Below, piece after piece: positions 1-8,027 of a DNA stretch of 20,000 nt; position 1 is the stretch's first letter, and each line of letters begins with the position of its first letter. This stretch comes from Hydrurus foetidus (Eukaryota). The DNA lies in contig UYFQ01000539.1 in the NCBI GenBank assembly GCA_900617105.1, positions 117,297 to 137,296 of the forward strand. The letters are read 5' to 3'. The position numbers and the translations under genes are program-made. The notes under the pieces were generated by a model, which worked only from the letters and a program-made list of their open reading frames with translations, made no database searches and was not told the DNA's origin.

Positions 1-628
1 CGGTTGTATGTACACTCCGGTTGGCTGTAACGAACGCCCCCTCTCCAGTCCGGAAGAACTCGATGACTCGCGGTGGTGGTGGAGTGTGCACTGCCAGTGC
101 GATCTCCTGCTCAATCGCTGGATCTTCAGCCGGTGGTGGTGATGGTTGCGCTACGTCAGTTGGTATCGCGATCACACCTGGTTCCCCTTGGGGGATGTGC
201 GATGATGCGAGTATCGATGGAGGGTAGTCGGTGTCGTCCGGTTGAGGCAGTTGAGACTCCATAATACCGAGTCCCAATCCCACAGGTACCCCCCCCCCCA
301 CTTCGTATCGTGAGAGCTCAATGACGCTGTCTGCTCTAGGAAGATCTGCTATGACCGGTTGAGGTTGAGGTCCAGTAGGTTGATTTCCCATCTCGCTATT
401 GACAACACCATCCTGAGTGGGGGGGGGGTTGGTAATGAAGAGTGGCATGTTAGATTTGTCGACACTATTGGCAAATAACAGCTCATCAAACACATGTGTT
501 TTAGTTTTGGTTATTTTCTTCCCTTCTCGTATGGCCCAGGAGTTCAAGGTCTGAATGACGGACTGGGGCATGGGTAAGATCTTGAACTGGTCCCGTGTCA
601 CGATTTTGCCAGACGTTAGCGACAGCAT
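1..628 (-). pseudogene. Copia A pol continuation (post-integrase region and Pro-rich linker), open to the window edge
   Basis: My translation from 628 reads MLSLTSGKIVTRDQFKILPMPQSVIQTLNSWA... with no stop to position 1. It joins ...RTGSFK from 8032 in frame once the gypsy element and one 4-bp target copy are removed. Confidence 0.85.
625..628. repeat. Probable 4-bp target-site duplication of gypsy-1 (GCAT at 625-628 vs CCAT at 8028-8031, one mismatch)
   Basis: These are the bases directly flanking the two LTRs. Removing the element plus 4 bp restores the copia frame FKMLSL. Confidence 0.65.
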
Positions 629-852
629 TGTGGTCTCACTGAGGCCTTGGCAGGAACGGGAATCCGGACGGCGGAGGGCAAAGGTGAAATGGCTGTGGAA
701 CGATGCTAAAGGATAGCAATGTGATTAGCTTACAGATAAGCACAGCAGATATCACGCAACAAATCGTATGGATCGGATCGTCCTCGATCCGAACCGTGCG
801 TACGTTTGTACCCGAACCCGGTATACCCGGTATACTCGGTGTACGGGTCACA
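629..852 (-). repeat. 3' LTR of gypsy-1
   Basis: Direct repeat of 7804..8027 with 3 substitutions counted by eye. Element-sense ends are TGTGACCC...GACCACA. Confidence 0.97.
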
Positions 853-865
853 GTGCCCCCTCCTC
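853..865 (-). other. Polypurine tract of gypsy-1
   Basis: Element-sense GAGGAGGGGGCAC lies immediately before the 3' LTR TGT. Confidence 0.85.
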
Positions 866-1065
866 GAAGAAGAAGCTAGATTTGTTACTCTATGATAAAT
901 ACTAAACTACGTGTAAGTCTATGTTAAGTAACAACAATTATGTCAGACTCAATAATAATAGTAAAAAGATTATTGCCTACTGACTAAACCTCCTAAAACA
1001 TCTCGGATGAGACGCAAAAAAATGGGGGGAATCATCAATGATATTGTTGTTCTCCTTTGTGTCTT

Positions 1066-4000
1066 TTAGACGTAGTCTAACCTGAATTCTCTTGGAATTA
1101 GGTGACGTAGATTCTTACTTATAAGAAAATTGTGTAGTTTGTCTGTTTTTCTTAGACTTCGCCACGGTTCCCAGGTATTACTTTCTGAGGGATAATTGAG
1201 CCATTTGACCTCAAATTCTAAAGCTCCATAAGATGAAATATTTCCCCTCATATCTATGATCTCTTCGATGAAGAATTCTAAATAATCTCGACGTGCTACA
1301 TCTGTTGGATCAGTGTGCAGTGGATTAAATAAGAAAGTTTTTAATTGTGACATGTGGTATTTAACATTTTTAAGAGTAATAAGATTGAGTAGCGTATATT
1401 CTCCTTTCTTATTGCTTAGAACTCGAAGAGGACCGCGCCACAATGTGTGCATGCGTGTCTCTGGCTGTGTGCGTTGAGTAACGAGTACATATGAGCCTAC
1501 CTCGAAATGTGTTATTTCCGGGTTTTGTTTCTCATTGTGTTCATCATCAGATTCCTTAAGGAGTCTTGCCGCAATTCGAATAAGATCACTTTGTATCTTT
1601 ATCATATTTGTAGATGAAATCGTTATATTTTCTGGTATGAGGTTAACTTCTCCTCTTGGGATTAAAATTCCTTCATCCATATTAATGGCGTTTCCATAGA
1701 GGATTTGTGCCGGTGAAATTTTTGTTCTATCATTAATTGTTGTATTTAATATACGTTGAACAAATGGTAGAATTTCTTGGTAATTTTCTGTTGTTGCTCT
1801 GTCATACGTATATGCTCGAATATGCCTGTTAACTTCCTTATTCATTCTTTCTACAATTGAATTGTGTTCCGAAGAATAGGCGAGAATTTTCTCGTGGACT
1901 GTGCCTGCGAGTTTTGTAAATTCTTCAATAACGTGGTTGGCAAAGTGAGGACCGTTGTCAGATCTAAGGAATCTTGGAGATCCGTATCTTCCGACGTGTT
2001 CCACTAATGCTGTGCATGCCGCCTTAGCGGTAGCATCTTTTGTTGCATATAGTTCGACGAATCGTGTAAATGTGTCAATCATGACTAGAATGTATCCTTT
2101 ATCAGGAAATGGTCCAATGAAATCTATGTTGAGACATTCCATTGGTTTGTATGTTGAAGTAGTATAAGTGTAAGAGTTGACTGGTATTTTTACCGCAGAC
2201 ATCTTTTGGCAACAAGGGCAATTTTTGATGAAAGTTTTTACTGCTTCTTTCATGCCCGGCCACACTTTCTTCTTTGTTTTTAAGTTCCGTAACGTACGTT
2301 GTACACCACCATGTCCGACCGTTGCGTTGTGACAACTACCAATGAGTTCATATTGCTCATTTGTCGTTAATTGTTTTTCATGTAGTGATGACATTAGTCC
2401 GGATTTCTTTTCCATTCTGTTTAAACATAGGCGTGACATCGCGTCTGCAATGTCGTTTTCTCTTCCTGGTATGTAGCCTATCGTATAATCCAATTCCTGC
2501 AGGGCGACTCGCCATCTGCCAACCATTTCATTCTTGTCTTTTTCAATAAAGGTAAGATTTTTATGGTCCGTGAGAATTGTAAATTTACGATCCCGTAGTA
2601 GTGCGTCGAGGTAAGTACAACAATAATAGAGCGCGAAGGCTTCTTTTTGTATTGTTGACCACTTCAGTTGTGTCTTGGTAAGAGACTTACTTACGAGAGC
2701 GACGAGTTGTTTCTTCTCGTCGACTTCCTGATACAAGTAACCTCCAATACCGTAATCTGACGCATCAGTCATTAAGGTTATTGGGGCTGTATCGTGTATG
2801 AAATATAGCAAGGGACTCTCTGCAATTCGTTGCTTAATCATATAGAATGCATCGGCTGCTTCGTCAGTCCATATTAGCAATGTTTGCTTTTTGGATGCGT
2901 GCAGGATCATCTTTTGTAGAGGAGCAACTACGTTTGAGTGGTTCGGTACATGATCCCTAAAATAATTCGTGAGTCCGAGAAACGACCTCATTTCTGTCGT
3001 CTTTCTTGGCATCGGAAAGTCGGTCACGCCTTTTATCTTTTTGGAACTCATAGTTATACCATCCTTCGATATTTCTTTACCGACATATTCCACTTTTTTC
3101 ATACCAAGTTTTAACTTAGCTGCTTTAAGTGAAATATTCTTTTCTTCTAAACGTTGAAATATTGTTTCCAATCGTTCACAGAATTGTAAGTGACCTGTTG
3201 CGTACACTATGATGTCGTCAAGGTACACCTCACAAATGAAGTAAATAAGACCTATTAAGACTATTGACGCCATCATTTCTTGAAAATATGATGGCGCACG
3301 TTTAGGTCCAAACGGAAGTCTTGTAAAGTGATATATGCCCATGAATGTAATGAAGGCTGTATAAATTCTTGTGCTCATCGTTATTGGTGCCTGGTGGTAG
3401 CCTGCTGTGAGGTCAATTACACCAAAGGTATCTGCTTTTGCAGCTCCAAGACGTCCTAACATGAGTCTTATATTTGGTATTGGCCAACTTGCAGATTCTG
3501 TAGCTTCATTGAGTCCACGGTAATCAATACAAAATCGGAAGGTACCATCCGGTTTGGGTGCCAGGATTACTTGAGAATAATGCGATGCATTTGACTTTAC
3601 TATTATACCACCTTTGAGCATAGTTGTCACTAGCTCTCGTATAACTGTTTGTCGTTTTGTAGACTGTATGCGTGATGCATGTCTGTTTTTGGGAACCTTC
3701 CATTGTTTCTCCATTACGGGAAGATCAAATGGTGGTATTCTTGCCGGTTCTGGTCCAAGTTCATTTTTGAACAGGACTATGTGTTTTACACATATTTCTC
3801 GAATCCGTGCAATTTCCTCATGAGTACCTTCAATGTGAATGAGGTCTATGATATCCGTGGATGTGTGCGTTGAGAGCATAAAAGGAGCGAATGTGTCCTT
3901 TGACTTGTAGTCAATTTCTTCCGGACCGAAAGGTTGAGCCTCAGGGAGATATTCCTTCTCCCTAAGTAGAGCCGCGACAAAGCCATATGTTTGGGGTGGA

Positions 4001-7000
4001 GTTATGGAAGGGGAGATTTGGATAGCTACTTCCTTTTCTCTGTCGAGCGTGAGCTCTAAACCATCTTGTCGAGGAGAAGTCAAGTGGGTTGTTGACTTCT
4101 CACATACTTGCAAGACGGACCCGTCTTGAACAGGGTCGGTAGCGGCCGCTACTCGAATCTGCGAACACCCATATGTCGATGTGCAATTCTTGTGTGTACA
4201 AGCACCTCCAGACACCATGTCACCCTGCCTCAGGTTGTCTGTGTTGGAGGGTTTAGCCCCGTCCAAGTCATTATTGACTGGAGGTTCTTGGACCGCGGTG
4301 GGTTGGTTTGTGTCCGGCAGATTATTCGTGGTTAGTACCATTGAATTATCTATACGGGTCCACGGATCAGTATGGTTGTTATGGCCGAAAAATTCGGGCA
4401 TAACTTTAACTAAATTTAGATTTTTTATGGTATTTATACCTATAATTAAATCTATTTCAGAGTCTTCGGCAATGCGGACTGGAAGAGAAAAGATGTATTT
4501 TAAAGAATCTTTTTTAAATGATACAACAATATCAAGCACAGATTTGGATTCAATACACTTATTATCTAAACCAGAACAAATCCACATAGGTGAATCGGAG
4601 TCGCGTAAGCGGTGTTCGCCCCGTAGGCCCTCGAGGACTCTACGGTTAATGACGTCACCGACTTCGCACCCCGTATCTATCTGCGCCAGTGCATCCATGC
4701 CTCTACTTTGAGGAGTAGGGCTTGTTGGAGCTGCTGGAGGATCCTTCCTTTTCTTTCGCCTTGTCGCGCGCGAAGGCCTCTCGCTCGTTGCGTTGGCGGT
4801 CGCGGTCGCGGTTGTCGTTGCCTGCTTGTGCGCGGTCGTCTTTGCGAGGGTGCTCGTCTTGTCTTGGGCCATACTGATCTGCGGGAGAGATATGTTGACT
4901 TGTAAGTAATCATTTACTTTTTCAGGTAGTATTGCTGAAAGTAATGTACGTGTTCGAGGTAAGTCGATACGCGGTAAAATTGCGACACTGACAGGTGGTG
5001 TTGAAAACTCACTTCTTCGTCTGTCGTCGTACGCCGGCTTTTTAACCTTGCTGTATGGTGGTGCACTGGTGCCTTGCCGAGGGTTTGACTTTTGTTGGGT
5101 GTTACCCATGTCAATGTCCTCTTCTTCCGTGGGGAATTCGAAGTTAGTCGGGACGTGGATTTGTTTTCGCTCCCGGGATACTCCGCCCGATGGAAGATGT
5201 GCATCGATTACAAAATGTTTGTGACCGAGCCGTTTCCATTCGATCCCCATGAGGGATTCGGACCACATTTTGTGCGAGTTGTTGCAATGCTCGTTCATGT
5301 GGAATCGGCAATTGTAACGGTTGTGTCCGCTGCGTCCACAGGTGTGGCACAGCTTGGTGTTGCGGTCAAGGCCGGGGTAATGATGTACCTCTGGCTGACG
5401 CTTTGCGATCGCCTTGTATGGTGGTGCGCGTGTGTCCTCCTCTGGATGGAATCCCACTGCGTGCAGGTTGGAGGAGTATGATGCATTAGACAACGAGCTT
5501 CGTTGTCTTTTTGCCTCCTCGGAAGTTGGGCTGTCTGGAGTGGTCCAGCGGTATCTGCTGTTCCCCAACTCCGCTGCGTCGTTGACGCATTGACGTGCGA
5601 TGTTGAGGTGGTCGCTGAGTCGCATGTACATGTCTTGGATGGTGTCTCTTTTTGTCTTCTTTATGGCTGTCTTTGTGGCCTCCAAGAATTTCATCCCGAG
5701 TGCGTTTTCTGCTGGAAGCTTTTTGTAAAATGCTTTGCAGATTTCGTTCTCGCGCTCAGGTGTGAGGTCGGTTCGGTCTGGGTAGTACAGGCTGATGATC
5801 TCCTCAAACCGAGTGATCGATGCCTCTTCGACGTATGCGTCAGCAAAGTCGTAAGCAAACTTGTAAGCTCTGATCTTCTCATTACAATCGTAGGTCGTGT
5901 TGGACGTCCTAGTTGCTTGTGAGAAGCAGGCTGTCAAGTCCTTTGCGATTTGTCGGATCGATAGGGTGACCCCGCGGATGACTGGCCAAGTGGAACATTC
6001 AGGTTGGGTGTACCCAAGGACTGCCTTCATTCCATTGAGTCTGAACCTTATAGGTACCAGGGCATTCTCGGTAATGATCTGCTTCCAATGTGTTTTGAAA
6101 TTGGGCAGGTTGGCTTGGTCGTGGAATGCCTGGATGGTCGCGGGACCATCTGTCAAGAGTTTTTCGGCGTTGAGCATGAATACCTCATTCATATTGATGA
6201 GTGTACGTTGTTGTTGATAATTCTCGTCTGATAAGACTGAGGTATCACTCTGCTCATTGTCGATGTCTTCCTCCACCTTGCGTCTGCGTGCAGCCTCTGT
6301 TGTTTTTAATTTCAACGCGGCGCTTGTCGCCGCAGACGTCTTCGGTTTTGGCCTCTGAGTAGGGATGGTCTTTTTAGACACATCTTCCTTTGACTCTTTT
6401 GCTGATGCAGTTTTTGACTGCTCTGCCTTTTTTGTCTTTTGTGGAACGGTGATCTTTTTTCTTGTGGAAATCTTTTTTGTTTGTCTTGGCGGAGACTTAG
6501 TCTTGCGCTTCTCAGGAGATGTGGATTCAACTGACTCGTCTGACGATCGATCGTCCTCATCCGACACTGACTCCGCAACTATCACGTTATCGTCGTCGTT
6601 GTCGTTGATTTCCTCGTCGTTTTCGATCTCGCCCTCATCCTCCTCGTCCTCTCCCGACTCTAAGTCCACCTCCATCGAGGTTTGAACCCTGGTCGTTCGA
6701 GATGATTTTCTGACGGGGATGGGCTCACTCTCGATTGACTTAGCATCATCAAGGATATCTTGTTCGTTTGCTTTCTTGTCTTTCTCGTTGCCTCCTCTTC
6801 TTCGTTTTGGTCTGCCTTTTGGGCTTCCCTCTACGTCGATGGTTTTGGCAACTGAGGTGCTAGAGCACGGACGAGATCGAGCGCAGATCTCGCGTTCTCG
6901 TCTCTCGTCTTCGTTCGTTGCCTCTAGGACATATGCAATCATGGCCACTTCGTCTTCAGTCGTTGCGTCTGATGTCTTTTGAGCATCTTGTATACGCTTG

Positions 7001-7242
7001 CGTTCTGAAGACCGTTCGGAGTTGCGGGCGGCAATCTCGTCGGGAATGCGTGTGGCAGTGGCTGAGGCCTTTATGGCTTGTCTGGCCATGAGTGATTTGC
7101 TTCTAGCAATGTTTTCTGCTCTCATCTTCTCCTCGGCCTTTCGTGCCTTGCGAATGCTAAGCATTGTCGCGCTTGGTAGGCCGAGGGAAGTAGTAATTGC
7201 TCCTGGGGAGGCTGATTTGTCGAGGATATCTTGAGCTTCCAT
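1066..7242 (-). CDS. Gag-Pol polyprotein of gypsy-1 (first ATG at 7242; the ORF track extends it to a TTG at 7407)
   Basis: Zn knuckle CHTCGRSGHNRYNC (5308-5349), protease IDTG (DTG at 4669-4677), RT RFCIDYR...LPFG...YLDD (YLDD at 3214-3225), RNase H TDASDYGIG...TDHKNL...NDIADAMSR, integrase HHCC plus IDFIGP / SDNGPHF / VERMNKE, GPY/F-like WRGPLRV, and chromodomain FFIEEIID...FEVKWLNYPSESNTWEP. No stop or frameshift. Confidence 0.95.
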   Translation of the reverse strand: MEAQDILDKSASPGAITTSLGLPSATMLSIRKARKAEEKMRAENIARSKSLMARQAIKASATATRIPDEIAARNSERSSERKRIQDAQKTSDATTEDEVAMIAYVLEATNEDERREREICARSRPCSSTSVAKTIDVEGSPKGRPKRRRGGNEKDKKANEQDILDDAKSIESEPIPVRKSSRTTRVQTSMEVDLESGEDEEDEGEIENDEEINDNDDDNVIVAESVSDEDDRSSDESVESTSPEKRKTKSPPRQTKKISTRKKITVPQKTKKAEQSKTASAKESKEDVSKKTIPTQRPKPKTSAATSAALKLKTTEAARRRKVEEDIDNEQSDTSVLSDENYQQQRTLINMNEVFMLNAEKLLTDGPATIQAFHDQANLPNFKTHWKQIITENALVPIRFRLNGMKAVLGYTQPECSTWPVIRGVTLSIRQIAKDLTACFSQATRTSNTTYDCNEKIRAYKFAYDFADAYVEEASITRFEEIISLYYPDRTDLTPERENEICKAFYKKLPAENALGMKFLEATKTAIKKTKRDTIQDMYMRLSDHLNIARQCVNDAAELGNSRYRWTTPDSPTSEEAKRQRSSLSNASYSSNLHAVGFHPEEDTRAPPYKAIAKRQPEVHHYPGLDRNTKLCHTCGRSGHNRYNCRFHMNEHCNNSHKMWSESLMGIEWKRLGHKHFVIDAHLPSGGVSRERKQIHVPTNFEFPTEEEDIDMGNTQQKSNPRQGTSAPPYSKVKKPAYDDRRRSEFSTPPVSVAILPRIDLPRTRTLLSAILPEKVNDYLQVNISLPQISMAQDKTSTLAKTTAHKQATTTATATANATSERPSRATRRKKRKDPPAAPTSPTPQSRGMDALAQIDTGCEVGDVINRRVLEGLRGEHRLRDSDSPMWICSGLDNKCIESKSVLDIVVSFKKDSLKYIFSLPVRIAEDSEIDLIIGINTIKNLNLVKVMPEFFGHNNHTDPWTRIDNSMVLTTNNLPDTNQPTAVQEPPVNNDLDGAKPSNTDNLRQGDMVSGGACTHKNCTSTYGCSQIRVAAATDPVQDGSVLQVCEKSTTHLTSPRQDGLELTLDREKEVAIQISPSITPPQTYGFVAALLREKEYLPEAQPFGPEEIDYKSKDTFAPFMLSTHTSTDIIDLIHIEGTHEEIARIREICVKHIVLFKNELGPEPARIPPFDLPVMEKQWKVPKNRHASRIQSTKRQTVIRELVTTMLKGGIIVKSNASHYSQVILAPKPDGTFRFCIDYRGLNEATESASWPIPNIRLMLGRLGAAKADTFGVIDLTAGYHQAPITMSTRIYTAFITFMGIYHFTRLPFGPKRAPSYFQEMMASIVLIGLIYFICEVYLDDIIVYATGHLQFCERLETIFQRLEEKNISLKAAKLKLGMKKVEYVGKEISKDGITMSSKKIKGVTDFPMPRKTTEMRSFLGLTNYFRDHVPNHSNVVAPLQKMILHASKKQTLLIWTDEAADAFYMIKQRIAESPLLYFIHDTAPITLMTDASDYGIGGYLYQEVDEKKQLVALVSKSLTKTQLKWSTIQKEAFALYYCCTYLDALLRDRKFTILTDHKNLTFIEKDKNEMVGRWRVALQELDYTIGYIPGRENDIADAMSRLCLNRMEKKSGLMSSLHEKQLTTNEQYELIGSCHNATVGHGGVQRTLRNLKTKKKVWPGMKEAVKTFIKNCPCCQKMSAVKIPVNSYTYTTSTYKPMECLNIDFIGPFPDKGYILVMIDTFTRFVELYATKDATAKAACTALVEHVGRYGSPRFLRSDNGPHFANHVIEEFTKLAGTVHEKILAYSSEHNSIVERMNKEVNRHIRAYTYDRATTENYQEILPFVQRILNTTINDRTKISPAQILYGNAINMDEGILIPRGEVNLIPENITISSTNMIKIQSDLIRIAARLLKESDDEHNEKQNPEITHFEVGSYVLVTQRTQPETRMHTLWRGPLRVLSNKKGEYTLLNLITLKNVKYHMSQLKTFLFNPLHTDPTDVARRDYLEFFIEEIIDMRGNISSYGALEFEVKWLNYPSESNTWEPWRSLRKTDKLHNFLISKNLRHLIPREFRLDYV

Positions 7243-7792
7243 TGTCTTCGTCTTCGCTACGATAATGGTCGGTAGTTTATTGAAGGGACCGCGACGGAAC
7301 TCGGACGCGGTGAATTCAGGGAGAGGAAGGATAGGTTGAACTTTTGTGAAGACTGGTAGGTGTAGAGTGGAGTAGTAGAAAAAGGAGGATTGGATTGGTT
7401 TGGTCAATTTCGGGAGGAAATTGACGAGAATTTCGGGAGGAAATTTCTCGGCGAGGCCTGCAGAGCGGGCAATCCCACGAACGGAGCGTTGCTATTGGGT
7501 CTCTAAGTAGCGCTTTCGATGCTGAAAGCTACTACTGGCGTGTCGGCTTTCGTGTGACGAAAGTTTTCGATGGGATTTCTTGATTTAGCGAGGAATCGCT
7601 GAGATCGAGCTTCGTTAAGACGAAGAGATAGAGGCTGTCGCTTTGCGAATCAACTCTCTATATAGTCTAATAGTCGTTTCTGTTACAGAAAGCTATTGAC
7701 AATCTCTTTTCGCTTCGAAAATGAGTCGGCTAGCGGTTTGGGAAATCTTGATTTGGTAATCGGCTTTCGTCTTGAAAGGCTAGCTGATTCCA

Positions 7793-7804
7793 AGTAAGCT
7801 TACT
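7793..7804 (-). other. 12-nt palindrome AGTAAGCTTACT at the primer-binding-site position of gypsy-1
   Basis: It includes the last LTR base and directly follows the 5' LTR. It is followed by TGGAATCAGCTAGC. An equivalent palindrome occurs in gypsy-2. Function is inferred only. Confidence 0.7.
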
Positions 7805-8027
7805 GTGGTCTCACTGAGGCCTGGGCAGGAACGGGAATCCGGACGGCGGAGGGCAAAGGGGAAGTGGCTGTGGAACGATGCTAAAGGATAGCAATGTGAT
7901 TAGCTTACAGATAAGCACAGCAGATATCACGCAACAAATCGTATGGATCGGATCGTCCTCGATCCGAACCGTGCGTACGTTTGTACCCGAACCCGGTATA
8001 CCCGGTATACTCGGTGTACGGGTCACA
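7804..8027 (-). repeat. 5' LTR of gypsy-1
   Basis: Direct repeat of 629..852. Confidence 0.97.

Larger units (their letters stand above)
629..8027 (-). mobile_element. Ty3/gypsy chromovirus LTR retrotransposon 1, full length and apparently intact
   Basis: Two 224-bp direct repeats bounded by TG...CA, a PPT next to the 3' LTR, and a single ORF with PR-RT-RH-IN order and a C-terminal chromodomain. Confidence 0.97.

Noticed and set aside
289..428. C11 and G10 homopolymers as frameshift sites
   Set aside because: Both keep the copia A frame open (Gly and Pro runs).
728..734. Tf1-style self-priming between LTR GTAAGCT and the gypsy-1 PBS palindrome
   Set aside because: The match is only 7 bp, and gypsy-2 keeps GTAAGCT in its LTR while its palindrome changed, so there is no covariation.
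636..851. Duplicated 71-aa ORF (also 7811..8026)
   Set aside because: It is just the LTR read from a GTG. This frame is not preserved in the gypsy-2 LTR.
4181..7234. Many antisense ORFs (60-176 aa) over gypsy-1 and similarly over gypsy-2 gag (e.g. 17213..17974)
   Set aside because: These are shadows of biased codon use on the coding strand. They have no motifs and I saw no conservation between the two elements.
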